DNA of 64,000 nt from Epithemia pelagica (GCA_946965045.2 OX337233.1:3038001-3102000); one strand, 5' to 3'; shown: positions 10,491-22,708, counted from the first letter of the stretch. The notes: generated by a model not told the origin, from the sequence alone. Numbers and translations: made by a program.

Positions 10491-12493
10491 ATGGCTGAGG
10501 ACAACCCCGAAATATCGGTTGATTTTCTGAAGCAAAACTATCCCGAAATAACGCGCCAGTTAAACGATGAGGACCTCGAAGAAATTGTTAGGATCCTTCG
10601 ACGTCAAAAGATTAGGACAAAGCGCAACCTCGAATTTGTGTCAAGGGAAGCTTTGTTCAAAGCAGACGTCTCTGTCCTTTTTCTTGATATAATTAAACCA
10701 TTTAGAGGTAAGCCGTTGTGTTGTAGGTCGCAGATTTATTGTTGAATTTATTCAAGTCGTCCTTGGCTAACGATTGTTTGTCTCGATGCTCATTGTCTGG
10801 TGCGGAACTCACATTGACGCCAGCTGCTGACAATCTCGACGAATTCAAGCAGCAGCAACAACACGCACAATCCACGACGCCACGACTTCGGCGGCACGAG
10901 GGCCAGATTTGCATTGTTCCTCCATCCACTGGGAAGGAACCCAAACACGAGTTGGCTCCAAAGGCCTCTCCTTCTTCTGAAGAAGGTGTGGAAGAAGGAC
11001 TGAGTTTCGTCGCAGCGTCCCCGAGCATGCGAGTGTCAAGCAACAGTGTTTCGATCGAGTTGGTCGAAGACCTGCAAAAAATCACGAGGCTTCAATACGT
11101 CGACAAGAGATTCAGCACCGCAGCAGATTACGTCTTCAAAAACTGGCACCGTGAAAGGAACAACCAAAGGAGAGCAGGCGTTTACAAGAACGAGCGGTGG
11201 TTCACCGGAATTGTGTGCAACGCACTAAATCTGGTGCTGCAAGCCGATGGAGGCCTTGTCGCCCTTCACCAGGGGTGCATTGGAGGCGGATCAACCCACT
11301 CTGATATCTCTGTATCAGCTATTGGACCAGAACAGTCCCCTCCTCTGCTTGTTTGTGAGGGTAAACAGGATTCTGAAAACACAATCCGGGAAAATGTGCA
11401 AGGTCAGCTCTTCAATGAACTTGTTCGACATCGCCGGATTTTTGCTCGAGGATCTTCGACGCAAACTGACTTTCGGCCTGTCCTTTTGATGGCCCTGAAT
11501 AGTGCCTATATATCTGTCGATGTCGTCTTTCCTTCCACAAAGGATGGTCACCTACAAGCGAACGACTGGATCGCACCCCCAGAATCAAAAGTCACAAGCG
11601 GTGATGTGGTGTTTTTTACTATTCAAATAGCGTTTATCAACATTGACAACGAAGGAAATGGTCCGACAAAAATGGCAAAACTCTTTTGTTTTCTCGAAGG
11701 TGCTCTGAAGAAGCTTCGAGATATGAATGGATACACTCGCGATCAATGGAAAACACCGTGGAGTCGGGCGAACGGCAATGCCCCTATTAGTGTGAAGCGT
11801 GCTTGGAAGCGGGGAGACAACGTCACCATTGTGGATGGAAAAAAAGTGTACAAAGAGTTCTGCTATTATCTTCGACAAGAAGATGACTTCAATACCATCC
11901 GCAGTGTAATCCAGCCAGTTGATCAGCGCCGTGTGCCACCCAAGGACATCCTGGAAGGCCTTGGCAGACCTTACAGTGATTGGGTTTGCCAAACGTACGC
12001 TGGCGGGTGGTTCGAAGTGCTCGAATATACCTTTATTTGCGGCGACGGGCACCCTTCGACCAAGGCCGCTTGGATATCGCTTTTGAGGCGCATCTCGACG
12101 CTGCACAATTATGGCTACGTGCATGGTGACATTCTTCCTCGGAACCTGATATTTTCGGGAAGCGAGGGATACATTATTGATTTTGACCTGATGCGGAAAG
12201 AAGGTGAACCGTATGTGCTTGGCTACAATCACTCAGACTTCGACAAGTATCGGCACACAGATGCAAAGGCTCAACAAGAAATGAAGAAAACACATGATAT
12301 CCATGCCTTGGCCATGGTTGGTATCGAGTACTTTGGTACGGATGATAATGACCTGTTCTCTCAATACGCCGGAAGACAGATCACATCGATTGAAGACCTC
12401 ATGCAATTCTTTGAGTCTTCTGCCGGTGAACGAATTGAAGCTGGGACACCCGCAGACTCATTAGATGCCTCCGGCAGTCCATGCAGAGACTAA
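10491..12493 (+). CDS. Crinkler/CR-type effector-like protein: helical header + PD-(D/E)XK nuclease-like domain + kinase domain
   Basis: Exon 1 10491-10707 and GT-AG intron 10708-10823 join in frame to the long ORF. Motifs: SDISV...LVCEGK (REase-like); LHNYGYVHGDILPRN...IIDFDL and GYN...RH...HD (kinase-like). Confidence 0.7.
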
Positions 12494-13018
12494 GCGCATC
12501 CTTCGAGGCTTCGGCCCAGACCCATGACGACTGAATGTTGACGCACTTGGCGCCTTTCTCTTTTTTCTGCAATATGTCGCGATCGCTCCAATGCCCTGTT
12601 GTAGGGACTCCAGCCGCCGATAAGTGCCCCCACGATAGCCCTAGCAAGTACTCTATCGTCTATAGTGATTCAATTTTGGTAGATCTTACGGTCATTTCAA
12701 TGGCACCACCATGGCATACTCTAACCGGTGTGCTCCAACGAAAGTTGCTAGCTTGCCTCCGACCATCAAGGAGGCTTTCGCATCAAGTGTACCGTGAAGG
12801 GTGGAAAGGCCGGCGATGAGATATCTATTTTCATGGACCTACGGCAAGCCTAACATTGTTGTCTTTTTTACGGATGTTGTTGTTGCTTCGTTCTTTGACC
12901 AAGTCGATTTGGATGCTTCAAAATCCTCCAGTTGATTGCCGTGTGTCCTTGCTGCTGCTCTCCTACGCCTCATCCATCCATTTCGGAGCTTCCACTGTCG
13001 GCCCTCCTTGCAATAACG

Positions 13019-13300
13019 GCTCCGCTATCCGCTATTTTTGCCACTATTCGGGGCCCCAAATAGCGGCAAAAATAGCGGATAGTGGAGCAATCACTAACCA
13101 TCGGCATAAATGAAATAACGCATGATGCCAACAGTGTTTTTTTGAACTTTGAATCTCTCGCGTGACGACGTTGTTTGATTCCGCAACTTCCGTGCCCGCC
13201 ACCCCTTGCGTACGCCCTACGCGCGGTATATCGAGATAGCGACACTATTATCCCTTGGCCGCCATTTCAGCCTTCACTTCGGAATTTTTGGCAAACAAAA
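13019..13300 (-). repeat. Diverged inverted relative of the 8603-9369 MITE, including a 70-bp palindrome
   Basis: 13019-13110 matches the reverse complement of ~9190-9294; 13141-13240 resembles the reverse complement of ~8725-8815. TIR and TSD not found. Confidence 0.6.
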
Positions 13301-13339
13301 ACAGGGTAAAAAATCAATTTATAGCCTTTTTGAACATCA

Positions 13340-14879
13340 TTACGTCGTCGACGTCGACGACGACGACAAGGGTGGAATGGTGAGTGGATTGCGTAGTAAA
13401 TTGTGCGGATCGTATTTGGTTTTAATGCCTTGCAACTTTTCGTACAACCATGGTTTGGTTTGGTAATCGTAATAGGCCACCTTCACGTCGGCCGGATCTC
13501 CAATGGAATTGGCATGGCCGGGATAATACTGGGGCGAAAAGTGTTGGTCAAACATAAGCGTCTGGTAATCTTGCAAGGCACTCTTGCAATCGTCCAGGGT
13601 ACCGTCGGCGGCAGGAACGACAATCAAGAGCAAATCGCCGGGCGAATCGCGCTTGCCATAGGCCGTTTGTTCATTGTGGGGATCCATGGTGGCCACGGCA
13701 CCGCCATGGGGAAACAAAATGTACAAGTAATTCGTCTTGACAGCGTTGGTGACATGGTTTAGCATTTCGTGCGCCACTTGTTCCAAGAGGGCATTCGACC
13801 ATCCCTAGGCGGCACTGCCGGGCGCTTTGCGGGAATCCATGACACCGCAAAAGTCACGACCGGCCGCCGCCAATTGCGCCACATCCACAGCATCGTGCGG
13901 CGACAATTCTTGAATTTGCGACTTTGGTAACAATGGCAATCCGACGTGGGCTTGAAATTCCTCCCACAGTGCCCATCCCTTGGACACGTCGTCTCCGGCC
14001 CAAATTCCACCCAGTTTGAATTCATACGGGTCTCCGGGAAACAAAAGAGCCAGGCGCCCAATTCGGGATTGGCCGTGCCTTGTTGAAATTTCGCCCAGGC
14101 CTGGAGGAGTTTTGCAATGTCGGCCGCAGTGTCCGGAAACGCCCACCACGCTTCAATCGACAAGACTTTGGACGGTGTGGAAAAGGTATCCAAGACCATT
14201 TCGGTCACAATGCCAAAAATTGCCCGCTCCTCCTCCACTCAGTGCCCACACAAAATCCTTGTGCTCATTGTCGTCTTTGCGCGCCACCACGACGGATCCA
14301 TCGACTACGACCGACGACTGTCACTTCCACCAGATGATCGGCGGCCATGCCCTTGCCCCGAGCAAAGAGCGAAAAGCCTCCGCCTTGGACAAAGCCTCCC
14401 ATGGCAAATTGATTGCAATCGCCACTCGTGGGAAACATGCGATGATACGGTGCCATGGCCCGATTGGCCCAGCCTTGTTCCAAACCGGGTCCCATGCGAG
14501 CGTAGCGGCCGTGTTCGACGGAAATGCCATTGAGACGACTCACATCCACCACCAGGCCCCCATCCAAGACGGAATAGCCATTCCACAAGTGACCACCACG
14601 GGCACTGCTCCGCACGCTGAACCGACGCTCTTCGGGATGGGCGGCAATCCATTGCACCACCTTTACCACGTCTTGTTGGCTGCTGCAATAGACAATACCG
14701 ATTGGTTTCTTGTCGTCAAAGACGGAATTCCATTGTTTGCAGGCCATGGTATAGCGATCGCCATGCGAGGGCAATACCACGTCGCCCTCCAAATGAGAGA
14801 CCAACTCCTCCAAGGACAGCGTCTCTAGCTTGTCCTTGCTCAGGAACGTGGTGGACGACGACGACGACGACGACGACAT
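13340..14879 (-). pseudogene. FAD-linked oxidase (FAD_binding_4 + berberine-bridge-enzyme-like), frameshifted
   Basis: RGGHLW flavinylation motif, GGFVQGGGFSL, WALSGGGAGNF-GIVT and C-terminal LQGIKTKYDPHNLLRN. Split over several frames near 14310-14230 and ~14040, plus an in-frame stop near 13806. Confidence 0.85.
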
Positions 14880-15414
14880 GGTGGTGGTTGGAGAAAAGCA
14901 ACCGAATCCAAGGGGCAATCCAACACGAACCACAAGACAGTGTATGGACTTGTCGTTGGATCTTTTTTTATGACAGGGAAGAAGGAGCAGCAAGAGAGGT
15001 TTCGTTGCTTGAACCAAAGATTTTTGTCGTCCAGAAAGAGAAAAGATACCCAAAGACGACGTGAAACGATCGTTCTTTGCTAGCTAGGGTACTAAATCTC
15101 ACATTTTTCCTTCTTCCGATAGAGTAAAGTGTGACTGTCTGTGCTCATGTACGAGTACTGTTAAGATAGAGTCTGAGTCCTCGAAGCGACACTCCTGTGA
15201 CATTCAGTCGCGGATTGGAGAGAGTTCATCCTTCCAAAAACGCCCGAGCGATACTACACGTCATTGGTACAAAGCCGAAGATACTCCTCTTGCATTGTAG
15301 ACGGATCCTGTCCACAGATCCAACGATCCGAACAGGATCCACCGATGAGGTGTTGAGAGAATCTTGGATACGACGTGTCCAACTCTGGTTTCCTCTGGAG
15401 GCCCATTTTCTCCT

Positions 15415-16347
15415 ATGTTCAAGAAGAGCAGCAGTTCCAAGAAACAAGGTTCGTCCAAGTCAAGTACGAGCAGCACACGAAGCAGCAAAGGCAGTTCTAC
15501 TACTACAAAGAAGACAAGCAGCAGCAAGAAACTGGAAGCCATGCCGAGTGAAAAGACGCCCTTGACGAGCGACACGGACAAGATTTTGGCCACGGCGGCG
15601 TACAAGGCGACGGGTATGGGCTTGAGCAATTTGGCCAAGGAGGCCATGACCAAGGAAAACTTGGAACAAGTGAGCAAGGTGGCGGCTGAACGCGTCGATG
15701 AAATCTCGGCCAGTCTCATGACGGGCAGTACGCCCATTCGGGCCTTGGCCTTGATGGGCGGCGTGGCCATGGCCTTTTTTGCCGGGGCCGGCATTTTGGC
15801 GGCCATTTTTTCCTTTAGCATTTCCCGAATTGTCATGGAAATTTATGCCTTTTTCTTTGGATTGGCCATGATTGTCATGGAAAGTCAACAAGTGGTGAAA
15901 ATTCCCACGGAATACATGGACAAGCTCTACAAGTACTGTCTCTTTCTCAAGTATATTTGGGGCCGTGGTGGCCTGTACATGATTACCGGAAGTCTCCAAG
16001 CCGCCCAGGGTGGACTGTTCAACTTTGTCGTGGGCCTTTACGTCATGGCCGTCGGTGTCTTGTACATTTTGGTGGGACGGGCCTCGGCCAAAAAGTTGTC
16101 GGAAATGAAACATTCCATCTTTTCCAAAGAAACCTTGCAGGCCAAATTCAAAAAGTTTGACACGGATCGGTCCGGGGCCTTGACCATGCAAGAATTTGGT
16201 GAATTGGTCCATTCCCTCGATTTGGACATGACCAAACGAGAAAAGGAGGGCATATTTTTTCATTTGGATACCAATGACGATGACAAACTCGAATACGACG
16301 AATTTATTCAATGGTGGGATGGCTTTGATGCCTCCTCTTCCGTCTAA
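15415..16347 (+). CDS. COPI-associated/TVP15-like membrane protein with C-terminal EF-hand pair
   Basis: Hydrophobic helices with FLKYIWGRGGLY; EF-hands DTDRSGALTMQEF and DTNDDDKLEYDEF. Start codon uncertain (15364, 15415 or 15541). Confidence 0.8.
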   Translation: MFKKSSSSKKQGSSKSSTSSTRSSKGSSTTTKKTSSSKKLEAMPSEKTPLTSDTDKILATAAYKATGMGLSNLAKEAMTKENLEQVSKVAAERVDEISASLMTGSTPIRALALMGGVAMAFFAGAGILAAIFSFSISRIVMEIYAFFFGLAMIVMESQQVVKIPTEYMDKLYKYCLFLKYIWGRGGLYMITGSLQAAQGGLFNFVVGLYVMAVGVLYILVGRASAKKLSEMKHSIFSKETLQAKFKKFDTDRSGALTMQEFGELVHSLDLDMTKREKEGIFFHLDTNDDDKLEYDEFIQWWDGFDASSSV

Positions 16348-17183
16348 TACTAATGAATCGAATTGCAACGACGGAACGGCATTGGGACGTGCAAGTGTCA
16401 CTCATTGTCGTTCTGACACACACTGACAGGAAAGGGACAGCGTAGCCTTTTTGTACCATGTCATGGTTCCATTTTGTGTGTTGCACTCCATTCCTTCTCG
16501 GCTTCGTTTTTGACTGGAAGGCATTCGTATCGCGGTTGTTTGTGTAAACTGGATCCATCTCATACATTGTGTACTGGATAGTATAGTCTTTTCTACTACT
16601 CCTAGCTAGAGAGAGGAATCATCGTGAACGGTTGCAAAGTCCGATACAATAGTTTCAATGTGCAGGAGGTCATCCTTGCGCCAAGATCCCTTCTCCAAAA
16701 CTAGAGACACCAAAAGGCCATTGGTTCAAAAGAGGGTGTTTTTGTGTGAAACGTTTCGAAACGACCTAGGTAGAACACTGTGGATACTACACAAGACGAC
16801 GATCGATTCCCTCGAGAGTTACTCACAGTCTCACTTGCTGCCAACAGTCAGTCTTGATGATATTAGTCCTGATCGCTCTCCCAGCAGCCGGTGGGGTGGA
16901 GATCTGGTTGTACCATCCATTGCCGGGCAAGCCCACTATATACTACGGAGAAACAAAATGTCAGGAGCATAGTGATGCCATTCTCTATATACTACTAGGT
17001 TAGACAAAACACATGTCGTCCTTGTCGTAACATGATAGTTTCTTGGCATTCGACCCATTCCATATGGAGAGTGTCGATTCCTCGAGAGACACACAAGTGA
17101 CACATCATCATCATCATCATCAAATGTCTCTCACACTCTCAGTTTCCCAATCCAGCACCCACAGGTGGTGGTTCTGTTCTTGG

Positions 17184-18217
17184 TTAGTTGCCCGTCCAGA
17201 GTTTTCCCGCCTCGGTTTCGCCCGACTTGAGTTTGGCCCAGGCCTCATTGGTTTCGTCAATCACCTTGATGGCTTCCTCCTTGTTGAGGAAGGCCTCGTC
17301 AAAGCCAAATTCGTTAATGGGCTTGTCATCGGGTGTTTTGTACCAACGGAACCATTCCCGGACGCCATCGGTAATGGCTTTGGGGACATCGTCAATGTCA
17401 TTGTATTCCTCGGCCAAGGGATCGTCCGTGGCAATGGCCAAGACTTTCCAGTCCAATTCACCATCGTCAATCATGGCCAAGACACCCAAGGGTTTGACTG
17501 GTTTGACGGATCCCATGGCCAAGGAGGAGGAACCAATTTCCACGACATCAATGGGATCGTCGTCGCCAAAGCAACCCAATTCGGGATGCTTGACATTCGG
17601 GTCTTCCCATGTTTGCGGCAAACAGCCGTAATTCCAAAAAATGGGACCATGGTAATCCCGAAGCTTGCCCTTTTTCATATCTTGGGCAATGGGATTGTTC
17701 TCTTCCTTGGTCGCCACTTCCATCTTGGCCTTGGTCATTTTGGGAATTTCCACCACCTGTTGCATCCAATTCATTTAATCATAGAGTAGTAGTAATCCAG
17801 CAGTTACAAAAAGAGTGAACCATATCATTGCGTAAGAGACAGGGTGGGTGAGTGAGATATCCTCATGGGGACAGCAGAAAACATATACACAGACACACAC
17901 ACACAACCGTGTGGATCGACGAACTGAACCAACGGCATGTTGGTAGGTTTGTTCGTACGTACCATGTTGTAGGATCCATCGTCATTTTTCAAGGCAATGT
18001 CATGCCAGGGAGAAATGGGTTTGGCGTCCTCCAAAAACTTGAGTCGAAAGCTTTCCGTCGCTTCTTCTCCCTCGACTTCGGTACTGACGGCGGCCGAGTG
18101 CAATTGAACGGCCACCACGCGGTGGGCCGGAAGGAATGCCGAAGGACTGGTCGTCCAGGCAGCCGCTGTACGGACCGAAAGAAGCCACAGAGCCAAAACA
18201 CTTTGCGTCACCTTCAT
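17184..18217 (-). CDS. PPA: Soluble inorganic pyrophosphatase (family I), plastid-targeted
   Basis: Exon 18217-17963, intron 17962-17757 and exon 17756-17184 join as SPWHDI...NMVVEIPK...NYGCLPQTWEDP...GDDDPIDVVEIG...DDGELDWK. Signal peptide followed by AAA-WTTSPSAF. Confidence 0.95.
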
Positions 18218-18593
18218 GATGGATGTTGTTTGTAGTTGTTGTTGCTTGGGGGAAGAATGGAAAGTATGTTGTTGGATTGGACGATCGTCAACGTCGTGGT
18301 GCAACTCCTCACACAAGCAAGAAAAGATTGGGGTTGGATCAATGACGCATGTTTGACACGAGCTACTCAAGAGCGACTTCAATAAAACCGCGACCACTTT
18401 TGGGGTTGCACCAAGTCAGTCGGAGATCGGTGGCAGACTATGACGACGACGACCATGTCCCTGTCCCTGTTGCATTCCCATTGTCCCACATGCCTCGCTG
18501 TTGGGTCGGTGTGTCGGTGTGGTGTCATAGTCGTCTTGTGTCCAACAAGTAGACAGGCTCTATAGTTGAGAAAAACCCTGACAAAGACAAGCC

Positions 18594-19610
18594 ATGATGA
18601 ATCTTTCAATCGTGTGTGTATTGACCGTGTTGTCCCAGTTTCATGGCGCACAGTCGTTCGTTGCCCCATCTGTCGTCTCGTCGACGGCGTCCCGATCCGA
18701 CCATGTGATGATGCCATGGATGGCGGCGGACACTGTATCGGAAACCTCGGACTCGAGTACAACCTCAACTACAAATTTGGCCATGCCCCTGTCGTGGGAC
18801 GAAATGATTCGTCAAGCCTCGTCGGCCATTCAAGAGGCGGCCGCCGCCGGACAGCGTCGTCAAATTGTTCGCGTCTTGTTGCCGCGCGACAGTGCGTCGG
18901 GTGATTTTGGCACATACTTGGAATCGCAGGCCAACGACAATAAAGTGCAAGTCTCATTGGTACCTCCCGACGAAAGTTGGCAGGGGGGCATTATGCAATT
19001 GTATCGAGCGGCCGCACCGACGGCGCAACGCATGATGCAAGCCCTGACGCGCCATACACCCGGCGGTGTCCCACCGCGCATTGTCGAAGACCGATCCGTC
19101 GATGAAAGTGGCGTCGATGGTGTGAGTTATTTTCAAACCGACGATCAACAAGTGTCCTGTTGGTTGCAACCCCTTCAAGACAATGTTCCCGACATTTTGA
19201 AAACCACCACCACAAAAGACGATGACGATAAAACCATTTCTCTCTTGATGAATCCGCAATGGCGATTGGTCGATGACGCCCTCGACAGTGCTTCAAAACA
19301 AGAGGGCTTTCTCGGTGGGTTGGCATCCTTTTTGGGAGGCAAGGGCGGCGCTCTGCGACAATTGCAAGACGCGGGCTATGTCCCCGTCTATACCTTGGAG
19401 GGTTATGTCTGTCGTGGCGCCAATGTCCGCTTACTGCAAGTGCGGGAGTCTGACTGGCATGTCTTTTGCGAACGCGACGATGGAGAATCCTTTGTCAGTG
19501 TCGGCACTGCACCGCAACGACCCACCTACCAACAAGTCGATGAACTCCTGAATCAAGCCGACATTGGCTTTAAATATGCACGGGATATTGGCATGTCGCC
19601 CAAACTCTAA
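18594..19610 (+). CDS. Plastid-targeted DUF1995 (LPA3-like) protein
   Basis: Signal peptide + QS-FVAPS motif; P.SWDEMIRQA..AI..A, PPDESWQGGIMQLYR and LLMNPQW motifs. Confidence 0.7.
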   Translation: MMNLSIVCVLTVLSQFHGAQSFVAPSVVSSTASRSDHVMMPWMAADTVSETSDSSTTSTTNLAMPLSWDEMIRQASSAIQEAAAAGQRRQIVRVLLPRDSASGDFGTYLESQANDNKVQVSLVPPDESWQGGIMQLYRAAAPTAQRMMQALTRHTPGGVPPRIVEDRSVDESGVDGVSYFQTDDQQVSCWLQPLQDNVPDILKTTTTKDDDDKTISLLMNPQWRLVDDALDSASKQEGFLGGLASFLGGKGGALRQLQDAGYVPVYTLEGYVCRGANVRLLQVRESDWHVFCERDDGESFVSVGTAPQRPTYQQVDELLNQADIGFKYARDIGMSPKL

Positions 19611-20389
19611 GAACCAACGAGAAACAAAAAAGAATACACAGCTTTCTAGACAACTCGAGAGATATCAATCATTACTCTACAAATACAACCCCCATTTCCC
19701 AGTTTCCCCCTGTGTATCATGCGTTTCTCATTTCTTTTCTCGTGTGTATACGTGCCCCTCCCATTTGGTTCAATTTCCCCTGTTCCTCGTGTATCATTCG
19801 TCAAGTGGATCCGTTGTGACAACGATGGAGACGAAACGAGCTCTCTCTCGCCCCTTCGCCCCCGTGTCTCATCCTTGTGTGCGTCGGTTCGTCTCGTAGA
19901 GAATGTACTACTATCTACCCCCCGTCCCTTTTTTTCTCTCGCCCCAGAGTATCCACCTTTGGGTCTCGTGTGTTTCGTCTCGTACATACTGTACGGTACC
20001 CCATCCCTATTTTTTTTCTCTCTCTCTCTCTCGTGTGTGTGTCGTTTCGGTTCGTTCCCCCGCGCTCCCGTCTTTTCGTTCCCCCTCCCCTCCGTGTTGT
20101 GTCATCCCTTCTTCTTCAATGGATCCATGGATGGTCCCACAGGAGAAGAAATGGCACGAGATGTTTGCTGCTATTCCACGAAAAGATTCAATGCCGAACC
20201 ACAAGCTGTGCTCCGATTGATAGAATGAAAATGAGTTGTCGTTGTCGTCGTCGTTCGTCACCCTGCATAGAATAGAATTGTACGAGTCTTTTTCGGCGTC
20301 TGCTTTGGTCATGAGCTGTCCACTCTTTCCCACGTATATGCATGCTACCATGATTGTTATTGTTGTGCTTGTGTTCGCAACACACCGTC

Positions 20390-20423
<34 letters not shown>

Positions 20424-20435
20424 GAGGGCAATGCC

Positions 20436-21827
20436 TTACGGTGGATAGTTCGTGGTGGACAGATGTCCCAACAAGTCCAAGGGTGACGTAGCCACTGTAT
20501 CTATTGTGGATGTGGTGGTGGTCCTTCGTTGAAAGAGTGGTGGTGGCACGAGTGCTGCTGTGGGTTGTGTCGCCGCCAACAAGACGGAGGAGGAGGGTGA
20601 TATCAAGGACACTGCCGCATGCGGCTGGTATGTGGTGAGGGATGGATGTTGGTGCTGTCGTCGCAAGTGCGAGGCGCCGACCAAGGCGGTCGTGGCTGCT
20701 GCCAAGGCCGTGCGTGTCGTGGCCGTATTGAGCCAGGGATTCCGTGGTGAAGTCGTGGCCAGGTGTGGTGTGGGCGAAAACAAGTAGGAGGGAGCAGGAA
20801 CCACAGCCGTGGTTTGTGCTGTGGTGGTTGGCGGAGAAGCATGATGTTGTTGGGATTCGAGTGAAATGCCTCTCCAATCGACCGAAGTAGAACGCGCCCT
20901 TAGTTGTGGAGGAGGAGGATGTGGCTGTGCGGAACCTTCTTCTTGTTGTTGTTGAGGTTGACTTGTTTCAAGTAGGACAGTCTTTTCTTGGGAAGTCATT
21001 GGAGTTGGCGGCACTGGTGGTGGAGGAGGATTGTGCGTCGTCTCCATCATGCCCCCTTTTCCTTCCAGACGATTGGATGCAGCCGTCGCAAGAGTCGCAA
21101 TCGCAGTAGTATTGGTTCTTTCGGGGCTGGGGAGTGGTGCAACCACGTCTGGTAGTGTTCTTGTTTCGGGAGTCGTCGTCAATGTTGTGGTTGTTATTGT
21201 GGTTGAATTTGTATTCCCCGTCCTACTAGAGTCCCCTCTTGTCCTATTTTGTTGTTCTTGCTGCTGTTCTTTTTCTTCCAACACTTTGACTTTTTGTTCG
21301 AGTCGTTGATTTTCGTGTTCCAATTCATGTACGCGCTGGGTCATGGTGGCCAATTGTTGTTCCAAGTCTTGGACTCGTCGTTTGTGTTTGACACGATTTC
21401 GTGCCGCATTTTGTCGTTGATATTCTCGCTTAGCTTGTTTGGTTGCATCTTGCATGGATAAAAACGGATTGAGCGACAATTGACCTTGTGCCGTTGTCAT
21501 GTCACGACCCGTCTGGTAGGCATCGCCCAGAATCCGTCGTTCGATCGAATCGTCGTCGTCCTTATCATCATGGTCATTGACATTGTCATGGTCTGGGTCG
21601 TTGTCATGCTTCGAGTCGTTCTGTGGGGACCGAGCTCGTTTTTTCAAGGGCCGTGTCGTGGTTTTGTTGGTGGCATTCCGTTCGCTGTTGTGGCTGTGGG
21701 TCAATGTTCTACTGCGGTTGCTGCTCGCTTCCATCGCAACCATGGCAGTTCCAGAGCTTGTGGCATTCTCCTTTTGGCCAGCAATCATGGTTGGACTGGC
21801 TGTCATGGAAGGTTGGGGTTCCTCCAT
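20436..21827 (-). CDS. bZIP transcription factor
   Basis: Basic region KREYQRQNAARNRVKHKRR followed by a heptad leucine zipper (LEQQLATMTQRVHELEHENQRLEQKV), flanked by low-complexity T/P/Q regions. Confidence 0.75.
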   Translation of the reverse strand: MEEPQPSMTASPTMIAGQKENATSSGTAMVAMEASSNRSRTLTHSHNSERNATNKTTTRPLKKRARSPQNDSKHDNDPDHDNVNDHDDKDDDDSIERRILGDAYQTGRDMTTAQGQLSLNPFLSMQDATKQAKREYQRQNAARNRVKHKRRVQDLEQQLATMTQRVHELEHENQRLEQKVKVLEEKEQQQEQQNRTRGDSSRTGNTNSTTITTTTLTTTPETRTLPDVVAPLPSPERTNTTAIATLATAASNRLEGKGGMMETTHNPPPPPVPPTPMTSQEKTVLLETSQPQQQQEEGSAQPHPPPPQLRARSTSVDWRGISLESQQHHASPPTTTAQTTAVVPAPSYLFSPTPHLATTSPRNPWLNTATTRTALAAATTALVGASHLRRQHQHPSLTTYQPHAAVSLISPSSSVLLAATQPTAALVPPPLFQRRTTTTSTIDTVATSPLDLLGHLSTTNYPP

Positions 21828-22164
21828 GCAAGTAATTATTCTCTCTTACTGTCCGAGACAGGGCAACAACAACATGAATGAAGAATTTTAGAATATGAAG
21901 AACCTAATATTTTATGGGCACGATGAGTCGGGCATCTCGTTTTGGAAATGACCCATGGTGATGGAACCAACGCTTCAAGCTTCAAACGTCTTGGGTGCGA
22001 GCACATGTTCGAACTCCATCCATTCCGCGACCGCATGTCACAGGAGTGTCGCTTCCATGACTCAGACTCTGTGTTAAACAGTACAAGTCTCGGTACCAAT
22101 CTTCTTACAGCAAAGTCACACTCTACTACAGGAAAAATCGAGACATTCTTTCGGATTTAATACA

Positions 22165-22708
22165 CTAGCTAGCAAAAAACGATCTTTTCACATCGGTTGG
22201 GTATCTTTTCTCAGTTTGGACGCCCTATCATCGATCATCGCATGTTTCCCACTAGTGGCGATTTCAATCAATTTGGCATGGGTGGCCATTTGTCCAAGGA
22301 GGAGGCTTTTCCTTGTTTGCCCGTGGCAAGGGCATTGCCGCCGATTATCTGGTGGAAGTGACAGTCGTCGGTCCTACTCGATGGATCCGTCGTGGTGGCG
22401 CCCAAAGACAAGGATGATCCGAACGATTTGGTCGGGGCGCTGAGTCTGAACAAACGACCCATGACAGCCGTGATTCACCCGGCGATTTGCTCTGGATTGT
22501 CGTTCGTGCCGCTGGCAAGGAGGGTACCTCGGACGACTGCAAAAGTCCCTTGCAAGACTACCAAACGCGCATATTGGGTAAGCACTTTTCTCCGCATTAT
22601 TATCCCGGCCATGCCAGGCAGGCATCAAAACCAAAGAATACGATCCGCCCAATTTACTGCGCAATCCACTCACCATTCCACCATTATCGTCGTCGACGTC
22701 GTCATAAA
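22165..22708 (+). pseudogene. Internally deleted inverted copy of the FAD/BBE oxidase gene
   Basis: Successive blocks match the reverse complement of ~15080-15040 (upstream), ~14460-14230, ~13690-13520 and ~13420-13345, with large intervening deletions. Confidence 0.85.

Noticed and set aside
13980-14828. 282-aa plus-strand ORF, and similar antisense ORFs at 15460-16401 and 17043-17789
   Set aside because: Antisense to recognised genes in GC-rich coding sequence.
19646-20351. Several overlapping 100-170 aa ORFs between the DUF1995 and bZIP genes
   Set aside because: CT-rich low-complexity 3' intergenic sequence with no domain signal.
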